A stretch of 63,602 nucleotides of DNA, counting the filler, from Dicyema japonicum (lineage: Eukaryota > Animalia > Dicyemida): NCBI GenBank assembly GCA_011109175.1. It is 9 parts of 9 records of this genome, joined end to end, with 100 filler letters (N's around TTAATTAATTAA, not from the genome) between each part and the next. Parts side by side here need not be neighbours in the genome. Positions count along the whole stretch, not along the records: positions 41,641 to 49,638 come from RDEW01000065.1; positions 49,739 to 52,186 come from RDEW01000188.1; positions 52,287 to 59,150 come from RDEW01000001.1; 6 more parts are not named here. The stretch is one strand, 5' to 3'. The notes beneath the pieces are model-generated. The model saw nothing but the letters and a program-made list of their open reading frames with translations, did no database searches and had not been told where the DNA came from. Shown here piece after piece: positions 45,780 through 58,646 of the stretch (positions within the stretch are counted from its first letter, which is position 1; each line of letters starts with the position of its first letter). Made by a program: the position numbers and the translations under genes.

Positions 45780-46520
45780 TAATATTGATTTAATGACTAA
45801 AACATTTGGCCGATTAGGGTTTCACGGTACTAAAACATTTGGCCGATTAGGGTTTCAGTTATACACTATACATGTTTCATTATGTGAAACATGTAGGATT
45901 CCAATAGTGTACACTATTGCTCGAGAACAATCTCAACAAATGTATGAACAAATATTTTTTACTTTGGGGAGTGTTTATGGCGAAAAATACAAAATCTAGG
46001 ACTGCAGGCATGGTATAATGATCCAGCAAATGCAAACTTAATTAAAAGTATTCATGTTCTGGCATTTGTTTCTGTACCTCAAGTCATTGAGAGTTTCCGA
46101 ACTCTCTTTGAAAATATAAAAGACGAGACTGATGACGTGTTGGAGATATTCTGACCTATTTTGAGACAACATGGATCGGAGCCTTGTAATGTGAAAGGAG
46201 AAGAAGACCATTGCTTAGTTTGGAAATGTGGAATGTACACGACAGACAGACAGAAGGACTCCCAAGAACTAGGAATTCACTTGGAGGATAGCACAGATTT
46301 TTTTTCACAAGAGTGTCTATAAAACATCCAACCGTTATCGGCTTGTTGCAAAATTATGAAAAGAACAGTCGGAGTGGGAGCTCCCAGTAGATCAAGTGAT
46401 GAGCGTAATAACAATAAGACAAGTAAAGAAGTACCAGGATGTGAACAAAAGGATGAACAGTATTATTAAAAAATATGATGATTATACTCCAGTAGAATTT
46501 TTGACTGCATGCGGGAAGGT
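45780..46520 (+). mobile_element. Mutator-like (MULE) transposase remnant
   Basis: FQLYTIH...PIVYT; WRKIQNLGL...LAFV; TYFETTWIG; EMWNVHDR...LPRTRNSLGG; HPT across frameshifts. Confidence 0.8.
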
Positions 46521-47479
46521 GGCCCTGCATCAGCTTGTGTGGGTACGAGGGAGGATCACCGAGAAAGAATGAAGATTTTGGCGGAGCGCATCAGGATCAC
46601 GTGATAGTTAGTTTTGGTTTTACCGTGTTTTTGGGTGTTAAATAAATAAAAATATACCTTACAAGGATGAGTTGATAGAATATCGCTAATATACCTTAAA
46701 TCTTTAGAAGCAAGGAGATCATACATGAGAATCACCAATAACAATTTTAATACTGGAAGTGGTAAAACTGTTATTACTTTTGTTGGATTCGTTGTACCAT
46801 AACACAAGGTTAGCAAGACGGAGGTCGGAAAAATCCAAATATCAAGCAGGGACCTGTAGTTATAATAACAATATTCTATCATAACATTCCTCCCATCATT
46901 ATTGGTTACGTATTTCAACGATTAGTCTTTAACTTTCATTCACCGGATCATTTCTTGAAGGGATTCAATTTCCCAAGTCAGATGCTTAAAAATTAAACTA
47001 TTAACCCCAGTTTCGGTTACATTCGAATCATTGAGGCCAACGAAGAAGAGGCTAGAATACATATATGTTTCATTAAAGAGAACTCTTAATCCGTCGATAA
47101 ATACTCAACTCCCTAATAAAAATACGATCAGATTCAATGTCGCAGACAGCCTGTGACTCCTGGGCTTATGGAATTTCACTTTAGAACTTCACATATTAAT
47201 TCTCTGATAGCAAAAATCAACTGATTTTCTTTATAAGAGTCTGAACTCAATCGGTGTCTGCTTCTCACAGTTATACATATTATGGTATACTAGCCTATTT
47301 TTTGTGATATTCATACATATTAATCTTTTAGAAAAATTATCGCTCGAATCCCTGTGCGGCTAAATGTTGAAGGTGACAAGATAAAGGAGATTTGACCTGA
47401 GCAGCTTCTCTAGTAGCTAAATCTTTTCTTCCAATATACGACGGCTTCAAAGAAAATAGGAATAATGAATAATTACTCT

Positions 47480-47790
47480 CCCAACAACATGTAGACACTA
47501 TGGATTAGATCACAAATCCGCAATCATGTACCTCGAATCTGGTCAGTTTCTGACCGAGTAGCTGTTGTGCGATACAGATGGGGGATAAACCAAATTATGT
47601 GATCTCTATAATGAATCTATATACTCCAACCGAAGTCAGAGTTTTATCTAACCCTGAAGAACTAGAGAGTTTCTACTCAACTGTAAATGAATCGTACAAT
47701 TTTATTTCTTTATTTTACCTTATATTCATTGCTAGTGATTGGAATACCTTTGTAAGTGACATAAACGAACAAAAGAAAGCTAAAATACAA
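47480..47790 (+). pseudogene. RTE-type apurinic endonuclease fragment
   Basis: IWSVSDRVAVVR...ISIMNLYTPTE...ELESFYS...IASDWN. Confidence 0.55.
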
Positions 47791-47812
47791 AAGAAAATTA
47801 ATTAGAGTCAAT

Positions 47813-48199
47813 TCACTTCTCAAGGTCCTCACGTGACATGGATTCTATTCGCTTCAATATGGACTCTGATTTCTCTTTGACCAGCAACTTCAGCCTCGTC
47901 GCTTCTTCTATCTGACGAAGACATTTATTTTTCAGTGACAAAATTAAGGCCGTAGCTTCGGTCAAAATGACAACCTTCGTTGCCTTTTTACAAGCAAGCG
48001 ACGGAATGCACTTCTTCAGCTTATCCATTTTTCTGGCTATTTTTCTCCTTTGATCTTTTTCCCGCTTTTTCATGTATTTTTTCTTATTGTACTGAGAATT
48101 AAAATGATATCCATCATCATCAAAGCAGAATGTATCTTCAGTTATTACCGGATCCTCGAGTTGAGTCACAAAGTGATCCTCCGAAGGCTGAAGCATCAT
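47813..48199 (-). CDS. Myc-like bHLH-leucine-zipper protein (5' exon(s) uncertain)
   Basis: LKKCIPSLACKKATKVVILTEATALILSL aligns with Myc LRDQIP...KAPKVVILKKATAYILSV; possible upstream intron 48238-48298. Confidence 0.68.
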   Translation of the reverse strand: MMLQPSEDHFVTQLEDPVITEDTFCFDDDGYHFNSQYNKKKYMKKREKDQRRKIARKMDKLKKCIPSLACKKATKVVILTEATALILSLKNKCLRQIEEATRLKLLVKEKSESILKRIESMSREDLEK

Positions 48200-49429
48200 T
48201 GAAAAGTCGTAATTTTGAGGGGAAGGGCTCTCCTTTTCTAAAATGAAAGTAAACAGTTAATTGATAGGAAAATATAAGAAAGAGGTCTTAGAACTAACCA
48301 GTTATCAAAACGGGGGGCTCAAAATGTGAATAGATCTTGTCATCAGTGTCAAACAATTGTTGTCGTTATTATTCAAGTTCAGATTTTCACAGAGATTGTA
48401 CGTTTCCGTGAAGAACTCCGAAAGTATTTCAAGATTATATGAATGAAATACGTCGTCTTCAACATACCAACCGGGTTATTCGGAAACAGGTTTTTTGGAC
48501 TTCCTGGGAAAATTAGGGAAATCGCTATCCATGACAGATATACGCGCCGTTTTCAGTTTAAAATACTTGTTCGTGGCGCAAATGACGCATAACAAAGTAA
48601 AAGAAAATCTCATAAATTGACCCTCTGTCAACTTTGAGTGAGTCCACCCATTTTTAAGGACAATGAAGACTATAAGCTCACCCAGACATTCAACGTTAAA
48701 TCTGATATTATTCTAATTTCCTTTAATTTAAATATTGATTTATGCAATTTTACTAAATTTGAATAATTAAGCCAATGCATCACTGTTGGGAAGGCCATAA
48801 AAGAATTGCAGGAAGTACGACGATTTTTTCGGTGATACAACATTTTTACCTAGAAACCTCTGGGAACCTCATTAAACGATTTTTCAAAAAATCGGATACT
48901 AATCTTAGCTCACTCAGGTAATCTTCGCGAATGATGGTGATCTAACAAAGTTCCATTGCAGGGGGTATAGTCAAGTAGATAAGCTTCGATCCTAAACTCC
49001 AACTTTACTTTCCAATCTTATTTATGTTAAAGCAAAATAAAAATGCCCAAAATTATTCAAATCTATGTTTGGAGAGATTAAAGTAGGGTAATCACTCATT
49101 CCTGTTAATATTGGCCTGTTCTCTCGTAAAATCTCAATTGATCTGAACACCAAACGTTGAATACATCGATCCATACACCTCCAGAATCTCACCTGAAATT
49201 TGAGACTTATTAGAATTTTAGTGAAGTTTTTGTTCCAACACTTGTTATATCTGATCCCTGCAACAAGGTTTCATATACTTTTGTTGCTGGTGATCAAGTA
49301 AATTCCATCAGAATCATCGGAGATCAGTTATCTGGAGCATTTTAGAGTCAAGATATCCTAGCAGAAGTCTATACGCGAAGATAAATGTAATAGTCTCTGA
49401 ACCAAATGAACTAGCACAGACGTACTAAT

Positions 49430-49638
49430 CTAGTCACCGAAAAATTCGGATGTAGTGGAGCTTGGATTGATTCAGTCATGAGTCACCTTGATGACGATAT
49501 CCATCAGATTTGGACTAAAGATTTGCAGACTCACAAGTGCCGGTGCGATGGTACTGTAGACTATTATGGACATCATGCCCTTTCTTATCAGAAAAGTGCA
49601 GGGCAATTCCCAATACATAAGGCGATAAACGGCATTGT
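49430..49638 (+). mobile_element. CRE-type zinc-knuckle fragment
   Basis: HKCRCDGTVDYYGHHALSYQKSAG, homologous to 12537-12773. Confidence 0.7.
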
Positions 49639-49738
49639 NNNNNNNNNNNNNNNNNNNNNNNNNNNNNNNNNNNNNNNNNNNNTTAATTAATTAANNNNNN
49701 NNNNNNNNNNNNNNNNNNNNNNNNNNNNNNNNNNNNNN

Positions 49739-49915
49739 TGAATATAGTTCTTTTCGATTTTCACCGGCAAATAGATATTCTAAATAACTCGGATCTTCTA
49801 ATATTCTTTTAGAAATCATTTTTTTAGTTTTTTCGCTTAATGCTTGATAATCTTTCCCATTAATGTATTCTCGAATAGTTTTCATGCAATGAGCATACAG
49901 TGAAGGAATTTCCAT
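49739..49915 (-). CDS. N-terminus of a probable BC-box (Elongin BC-binding) protein, truncated by the scaffold end
   Basis: MEIPSLYAHCMKTI fits the BC-box consensus (S/T/P)LxxxCxxx(V/I/L); an AT-rich upstream region is consistent with a gene start. Confidence 0.45.
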
Positions 49916-51099
49916 TTTCTAACAAGATTTTGAATTTATAATTAAATTACTTTTCAAATAAAATATTTCATGACTTTTATAAAAAATAAATTATTTTGTG
50001 ATAATTAAATTTATTGAATTTTCTCCCCCTTGACGGCCTTGAATTAATTTGTTAGATGGGAGATTCTTTCTCTTTAACCCAGTTATCCTGTGACAATAAT
50101 ACTAATTATTATTTAATTTTCTAGCGAAAGATAGTCCTTGGTCAACTGCGACTATAAAATTGATGTGTNTCATGACTTTTATAAAAAATAAATTAATTTG
50201 TGATAATTAAATTTATTGAATTTTCTCCCCCTTGACGGTCTTGAATTAATTTGTTAGATGGGAGATTCTTTTTCTTTAACCCAGTTATCCTGTGACAATA
50301 ATACTTTTTATTATTTAATTTTCTAGCGAAAGATAGTTTTTGGTCAACTGCGACTATAAAATTGATGTGTGATTTGGATTGTTATAGTACTGATATAGAG
50401 ATCTGGCTTGATGCTGTAATTACTATAATGCAGAGTCAAAACAAAAAAGTTATATTTTTTGTTTACCGGATTATCCGGTCTTTTAGATTTCTCTATACTT
50501 TTCTCGAGGATTCCAATTTTAGGAGGCTGTCTAGGTTGTCTATATCTTTGGCCTGTTATATCTTTTAGGTAATTTCTCATACTTTCGATAAAAAATGTGA
50601 ACTTTCCATAATATTTTTTAACTTTACCTGTGGGAAATGTTGTATATTTTCAATAGTAATGGAGTTAACTTCAAAGATGTAACAAATTTTAATTCAATTG
50701 TGACTACTCTGACATTTTTTAATTCTATTATAATTTCCGCTGATCGAAAATCCATCCCAAGGTGGTGTATTCCCGTGCTGGCCGTTTCTCAGTAGCGATA
50801 TCATAGCCCTGGTGAAACAAAGATGGAATATGAAAAAAAGCAATGCCTCTGAGACACCTTCTGCAATAAACTATATACCTTAAATATGAAGATTTCCGAA
50901 TTCTTTTGTTGGGTGCAGGTTCCGGAGCTAAAAGCTATCCACTCTCACATCAACGCTTGAGGGATTAGTTAGGCAAGTCAAATGAGATATTTGAACCCCT
51001 TCTCCATTGACCGACCAATTTAAAACCACTATAGCAAGGAAACTGTGTTTTACCACAATATTCGCTCAGATCAGAGATTGTCATCAGTGTGCCACCAGT

Positions 51100-51942
51100 C
51101 AAATACAAATTTGAATAAATTTATATTTATTTTTTAAATGGATAAATCAGTTTGTCTTTCATAAAGATTCTTATTTGTCATTTGGATTTACATGATAAAA
51201 AGAAACTACTTCAATGCCTAATTTTGCTGGAAGTTTTGGCAAATGATGCAATGGTTCCTAGCAAACTAAATAGACATTTTACTTCCAGGCATATTCTAAA
51301 AAATCTGTGGATTATTTTATGCATTTGAAAAAAAACAACACAAGTATTATTAAGTTTTTACTATGTATTGTAGATCCAGCCAAATGTTATTTAGTTAGAC
51401 TTTTGTGGGCTCAACAGAATTATTGAAATGTTCACATCTGATTTCTGAATTAATAGCAAAAGAACTGAAACCGCATACCATAGGCGAAAACTTGATAATC
51501 ACTGCTTTCCAATCATTGCTCGGACTATGATTGGTCTTAAATATGAACAAAAAATAAAAAGATACCTTTCACAGATAACAATGTTTCTCGTCGGTTCTTT
51601 ATCGGAGAATATTGAAAACAATGTATAATTTTCTATTAAGAAAACTCGTTTTTTATTATAACTTGATGAATCCTTAGACATTGTTGGCATATTAACAATT
51701 TCTCTATTTTAGAAAATTTATAAAAATTGCCCAAAAACTCGTTTTTTATTATAACTTGATGAATCCTTAGACATTGTTGGCATATTAACAATTTCTCTAT
51801 TTTAGAAAATTTATAAAAATTGCCCATTAAATTACCAATTTTTCTTCTCACTTTTACGTATCCGAAAAAAATTGAATTTTTTTATTTTTAATGTGTGCCG
51901 GGATTAATTTTTATACGATTAGTTATTTTCTGAAAACCTCGG
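51100..51942 (+). mobile_element. Buster-type hAT family C remnant
   Basis: EVLANDAMVPSKLNRHF and LISELIAKELKPHTIGENLI segments; end TTTTCTGAAAACCTCGG is the inverted counterpart of 29801. Confidence 0.75.
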
Positions 51943-52479
51943 CTCAGATCAAACTGTCTCTTTTATTTTAGATATAAAAAAATAGATGGAACGAATTTGT
52001 CTCCAGTCAAAAACTCAAAAAAGACTTCATAGTTCTGGAAAGTTCTAAAATATATCTAGAATGCGCAGATGAAAACACATCCTCATACGGCCAGGAGGTA
52101 AAAACATCATCGAAAGAGGTCGAATGGATTTGAAGTTACCATCTAAGAATCCAAGTCCAGAGGGGCTAAGAAGCCTTATGGAAATTNNNNNNNNNNNNNN
52201 NNNNNNNNNNNNNNNNNNNNNNNNNNNNNNTTAATTAATTAANNNNNNNNNNNNNNNNNNNNNNNNNNNNNNNNNNNNNNNNNNNNACAGCTTTTTTCAT
52301 TTATGAAATTAACAAAAACTGCCCAAAAAACAAGACTCACTAATGAAAATTTATCCGCTTTAATTAAAGTTGGAACTTCACAAATAGCTGTGCCCGGCAT
52401 GTCAAAAATTGTTTCCAACAAAGATGTCAATTTTTTGGAAGTAGCCAAAATAATAATAAATAAATAAAATAATAATGAG

Positions 52480-52973
52480 TATATTAACTAATTAAGCGTA
52501 TTTTGATCCAAATTGTTGGTAATCCCTCTTCTTCTCTTAGAAAAAGATTGTTATTGTTTTTGTTGTTTTTGCAATAAATTTTATTTAATAAATATTTTTT
52601 CTGAGTGTCCTTGAGGGACTTAATATCCATGCTTTCCCTGTCGGCAATTGCACATTTAGAGGCAAGAAATCCTGCGATTGTAGCCAAGTGCCATTTTTTG
52701 TTTTTATTACTCACATTTTTTTATTAGGGACATTGCGTATTCATTTATTGCACGAAATAAGTACACAGAATTTAACTTTGTTTTTGAAAGCATGGTTATT
52801 TTCTTCTTAACATTTTCAAGTATGGACTCCATAACTTTGCTTTTAAGAACATTACTTCCCTCGTCTTCAAATAATAAATAAATATATTCTTTAAAAAATA
52901 ATATATTAGAACTAATTTTCCCTTGATATAAATTATTATAAATGCGGCTAACTAAGCGAAATGAGTTTGACAC
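52480..52973 (-). pseudogene. R4/Dong-like non-LTR RT C-terminal fragment
   Basis: YIYLLFED...KKITMLSKTKLNSVYLFRAINEYAMS and LFLREEEGL resemble R4-type KLNSKNLxxAIN and RLYLxRxEGGRGL motifs. Confidence 0.5.
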
Positions 52974-53639
52974 CCCTGTTCTAAGACACTTTAAAAATTA
53001 AGAATTGTCACACTAATTTCCCCATTTGGGGGTTTATTNTATGGACTCCATAACTTTGCTTTTAAGAACATTACTTCCCTCGTCTTCAAATAATAAATAA
53101 ATATATTCTTTAAAAAATAATATATTAGAACTAATTTTCCCTTGATATAAATTATTATAAATGCGGCTAACCAAGCGAAATGAGTTTGACACCCATGTTC
53201 TAAGACACTTTAAAAATTAAGAATTGTCACACTAATTTCACCATGTGGGGGTTTATTAATAAAGAAAAATTCTTTATTACTATTAAAATAACAAAATATT
53301 GAGGTTTTCCACACAGTTTAGGTTTCCCCAAAACGAGGTTGGACTGTAATAGCATAAGTCTTGTCGATAGAGGTGAGGCACAGAGTGTGGGTGCCTATTG
53401 AGAAAACTAACAGTTTATAGCTTAGCGAGAAGACTAACAATTTATAGCTTTCCAAAATCTAGTCAAAAACAGTATTTATTGTTGCATAAAGTAAATTTCA
53501 ATATTTAAAATTAAGGTTCCGCTGAGAGACGCTGATCTAAGGGATGGTACGGATCAGAGAGCGCATTTGAAATTTGTTTTGCTAAGAAGATTGTTTCGTT
53601 GAAACAATTGCATGCACTTTGGATTAGGTTAGGGGTTAA

Positions 53640-54250
53640 TGATTATGGTTATGGATTAAGCATCCATACGCAGGATGTGACCAGACAGTCTTTACTGGGC
53701 GTCAGTGATGTCCAGTCTTAGAGGCCTACTCTTGCATTTTTTGTAAATTCCAGCATTCGAGATCCTGGCACTGCATGCCAAATAGCACCCTACGCTGTCT
53801 TTTGTAAAACGCTCAAACCATCGATTCCGCAATCGAAGAGGCCCAAGTACCAGCATTATATGTGGGCATTGTTTCACAAATGCATTAAATTGCATCAGTA
53901 CATTACTTCAAGTCCCTTCAGCCACACCGTTTGAATTTTTGCATTGCTACTTCTGCATGTGATTCTCTTTTGATGATGTCTTATGTGTCTCCCATTAAGG
54001 ATCCAAGGTTATTAATGTCGGCAACGTTATTAATGGTGTTGTCCAATCTTTTGATTTCGTTATTTCAATTTTGTCAAGGTTTACTAGTAGGGACCATTCA
54101 CTCAATTTGCCGGTGCATTTTTCAGTAGACATGAGAAGCTTCTGTATCCTCGGATATAAAATCCACATCATCCGCGTACACGAGTTCCTCTATTTTTCAT
54201 TAGTAACACGTTCATATATCACTTAGTGAGGCTATGCTATATATCACAAA
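53640..54250 (-). pseudogene. RTE-type RT fragment
   Basis: LVYADDVDFI; ARISNAGIYKKCKSRPL. Confidence 0.65.
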
Positions 54251-54511
54251 TTGTAAGGGATAGAGAATCTCCCTGAAAAGTGCCGATTTTAGTTTTTAAA
54301 AACCTGGATATTGTTCTTCATCCTGACTGACAGTTCAGTAATAGAAAGAAGTACTTGGATAATCTTTTGCAACGATTGTAAAAATAATGTTAACTAAAAG
54401 ATTTTATATTTTTATGTTTAATATGAAGTAAAAAAATTAAAATATTTTAAAAACTTATTTAAAAATAAATTTAAATTATTTGCATACGCTTATACTTTCT
54501 TGTTGTACAAA

Positions 54512-57500
54512 ATGAAACAAATAAATGTTCTTCCAAAAATAAAGGTGAAATCATCTCGCGTGAAAGGTATTCGAGCTAATATTAATTAATCAGGAATATC
54601 ATTTCATTCTAAACGTCCAATCATAATCGTGGGCCTTCATTGCGGACTGTTGGAGCTTTGGGATTACAGCATCCACGTTCTAATCGCAAAATTCGAAGGC
54701 CATAAAGGTATAAATAAAAATAACGTCCAGGACCTGTTCGTTCAGTCAACTTCCACGAAGATCAACCGCTTTTCGTATCAGGAGGTGATGACACGCTCGT
54801 CCGTGTCTGGAACTACAAATTAAGAAAGTGTCTTTTCGAACTCCGAGGTCACGTGGACTATATCCGTTCTACCGTTTTCCATCACCTACAACCTTGGATT
54901 GCCAGCGCTTCCGACGATATGACCATCAGAATCTGGAACTGGCAGTCAAGAACCTGCATGGGGTATAATTTCATCAAATTCCCAGTATCCTGACAGGCCA
55001 CGTGCACTATGTGATGTGTGCTCAGTTCCATCCTTTTATGGATTTTGTAATTTCTGGTAGTCTTGACTGCACAATGAAAGTGTGGGATATCTCCAGTATC
55101 TTTATTTACTTCTACAGGTCTCCACACAAAGAACCTGACGACCCCCGGCAACAAGGCGAACGAGATTCTGCGTGAGAACAACTTCCCTGAGTTATTTGGT
55201 GACCACCCAATCCTTTCGACTGCCACACTTGAGAAACATGACCGAGGAATTAATTGGATAGCCATTCACCCAGTTTCAGGAATGATTGCCACGTGCGGGG
55301 ATGACAAGTATATTAAGCTTGTGAGGATGACTAGAAGTATGTTTGGTTAATTATATTAGGTGCTGATCTCATTGAGAGTGGGACACTTCGTGGACACACA
55401 TCCAATGTTTCTTCACTGTTATTTCACCCCCGAGAGGACTACATCATTAGCAACTCTGAGGATGGGAGTATCAGAATATGGAATTTGAATACAAAGTGTG
55501 ATTAATTAGTGACTTTAGGCGATGTGAGACAAGATATAAGCACGATGGTCGATTTTGGACCCTCAATTGCCATAAGTACTTGAACTTATTTGCTGCTGGT
55601 GGGATTTGGGGTCATTTGTTAGGCCACGACTCTGGATTTTTTGTGTTTAAAATTGGAAAGGAACGTCCAGTTTCTTGTTTAACTGAAAATTCTCTCATTT
55701 GGTTGGTTAAGAATACACTCATTGAGTTTGAGTTTTCGAAATGTGTGGAGAGCTCACTTACTGAAATGTAATTCATTAGTTTACCCCTTAGAAAACGTGG
55801 AATAGTGACTTCAATCTCAAACAACCAATCAGAGGGGATGATGCTTGTTTTCTATGTAACATGTGTTTTTATTATCAGTTAAAAAATGACTTGAATGACT
55901 CCCCGTCTTATGTAATTGTAAGCGTGACAAAGTCACCACAACCAGCCATTACAGGTGGGGGAGTGACGGGGTTCTGGCTTACTCGTAATCGGTTTCTTGT
56001 CCTGGATTCAAACCAAGCTGTTACTTTATGCATTTAATGCTGCTTAGATTTTCGTCAAGAACCTAAAGAATGAGATTACTCAGAAAATATCAATCCCTGG
56101 TTGTCTCAGAGTCTTCCAAGCACTCTCTGGCCAATTTTTATGTGCAACAGAGGACAAGGTGATGTTGTATGACATGCAAATGAAACGGTATAATGTTCTA
56201 TTTATGGCAGAGTTGTCAGCTCTGTTAGTGTCAATAAGGCAAGGAGAGTTGTATGGTCGAACAACCACGTGGCCATTATTGCTGGCAAAGGTTGTTTTAG
56301 TCTAAAATTTAAGTATTGGTGATATGTGGGAGTAAATTGGATATTCTGTTTACAATCAACGACAGTTTTCCCATAAAAAGTGGTGTGTGGGCGGAGGATG
56401 AAGTATTTCTGTATTCAACGACCCACCACATCAAATACTGTCTGATAAATGGGTTCTCCCTTAATTTAAAGTTCTCAGAGACAATGGGATTGTCAGGACT
56501 ATTGACATGCCGTTGTATTTGATGAAAATGGAAGGCAACATGATCTACGTCCTCGACAGGGAAGCTCGTCTTAACAGACTTGTCATCGATAACTCTGAGT
56601 ATGTCTTCAAACTAGCAATTGTGAATAGAGAATTCGACAAAGTATAGCTTGTAGTTTTACTGTAGGTAATTAATATTATCAGAAATTCAAAAATGATCGG
56701 GAAATCAATAGTGATTTACTTGGAAAAGAAGGGATTTCCTCAACTTGCCATGCATTTTGTGAACGATGATGCTACAAAGTTCAGATTGGCCATTCAGTGT
56801 GGTGATTTGGAGGTTGGGAGTGGTCTCCATTTTAGTCTGCCTATAGTGCTGCTCTCAATTTGAATAAAAACGAATTTTGGGAAAACCTGGGAACCTCTGC
56901 AATGATGCAGGGTAATATACAGATTGCTGAAAGAGCTTACCAAGTCGTAAAGGACTATAATAAACTATGTCTGCTGTATGTTATAACTGGAAACCTCGAG
57001 AAACTCTCCAAAATGCTGAAAATTGGTGATTTATGTACTAATGTATTAGCCCAACACAGAGGGGATTCTAATATGCATGCCCAGATCGCCCTCTTTATGG
57101 GAAGTGTAGAAGAAAGGATAAGAGTGCTGCTTTTGAGCAATCAAAGTACTGATATGTGTTTATTAAAGACACTCTGGCCTACCTCACTGCTTCATGTCAC
57201 GGACTCGAATCTGTTGCTGACGAAATTTCCCAATCTTTTAGAAAAACACCAATGGTCGATGAGTCAGCTTCTTTGATGATGCCTGCTGCTCCATTGATTG
57301 TTGTTGCTTCCAATTGGCCACAATATGCGACTGACAAAGTTCTTGGAGAGGCTCTTATAAAGCCGGCGGTTGTAGAACAGACGGAAGTTAATGTGACTGC
57401 CTGGGGAGATGATACTAATCTCGACTTTGATGACAAATTTGTGCCTGTTGAAGACGATTCCGATCACAGTGAAGAGAAGGGATGGGATGTGGATGATCTT

Positions 57501-58646
57501 GATATCACTCCTGAGGTTAGATATTATTTCTACGACTAGTTGGAAGTCGAGATTAACGATGTTGTTGGATCTGACTTGGTTGAGGGACTTTCCCCCTCTT
57601 CCATTTGGACTATTAACTCAAAAAACACATTGGATTACATTTTGGCTGGAGAGTTCGAATCTGCAACCCGCGTATTTTGTTAATTTTATGCAGATTTTGC
57701 GTGGTCGTTATTCAGTTGTGAATTTTTCTCCCTATGAATCAATTTTCATTCGAATTTACACTCAGTCACGGACTTGTCTCTCGGGGATCCCTTCCACCCC
57801 TTGCATTTTCGCCTATCCTCAAGCTGACAAGTATTTTTGTTTGCATATACATAGTGTTGAGATTGGTGGTAAGTCTGCGAGTAGTTTGTACTCGATTAGT
57901 GTGGAAGAACTTAAAAATTCCTTACCTTCCGCTTACGACATGACTTCCAAGGGTAATTTCGCGAAAGCTTTGGACGTCTTCAGAGGTATTCTCCTTCGGT
58001 CCACACTTATTGGTGACTTCTCTTCTGGAATATCAAAGAATTTGTCTGTTGAAGTAGATTTATTCTTTATGGTTAGCTGAGAGAATTGATCAACATTTGT
58101 CGTGAGTACATTCTTGGACTCTCAATTGAGTTGCATCGTAAGAAACTGCCCAAGGAATCACTTTCTGATCAGAAACGACAGTGTGAGCTGGCCCTTTATT
58201 TCGCCAACTGCAATCTCCAGCTGTCCCATCAAATACTCACATTGAGAACAGCCCTGAACCTTACTTATAGGCTAAAAAACTATAAAACAGCCATTAATGT
58301 GGCCAATAGACTGATTAAGCTTGGTCCCCCTGCTGACGTTGCAAATCAGGTGACATTATGACGTAACCGTTTTAGGCAAGGAAAATCATAACTGCATGCA
58401 ATAAAGAACCGATTGATGCTGTTTCTATTGATTATGATTACCTAAACCCATTTGAGATATGTGGGGCATCTTATAAGCCTATATACCAGTATTTATTAGT
58501 TGATTTTGTCTTAGAGGTTCTCCCTGTGTGAGGGATCCGTTGACTAGGACTGCCTATCTTCCAGAGTATTGTGGACAAGTATGCAGAATCAGTCTTGTAT
58601 GACTTATCTTTATTTGTAGGTGACTGAGATACGTAAGAGTGAGTAG
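54512..58646 (+). CDS. COPA: Coatomer subunit alpha; 25 exons, 24 introns of 22-28 nt
   Basis: [23 protein letters not shown]...GPVRSVNFH...LFVSGGDD...GHVDYIR...[18 protein letters not shown]...LNLFAAGHDSG...ICREYILGL...[12 protein letters not shown]...LRTALNL...VTEI. Every intron is GT-AG and restores the frame. Confidence 0.97.

Noticed and set aside
46556-46918. 120-aa minus-strand ORF
   Set aside because: No recognisable motif or splice structure; lies among transposon debris.
54512-58646. Alternative nuclear genetic code (ciliate-like TAA/TAG reassignment) to explain the broken ORFs
   Set aside because: All interruptions are resolved by GT-AG micro-introns, and genes end in ordinary TAA/TAG.
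40743-58646. Apparent functional clustering of trafficking genes (LAMP, COPA) or of TRIM37 with the satellite and HP1
   Set aside because: LAMP and COPA, and HP1 and TRIM37, are on different scaffolds joined by artificial linkers. Only TRIM37 and the satellite are truly adjacent, and that alone implies nothing.
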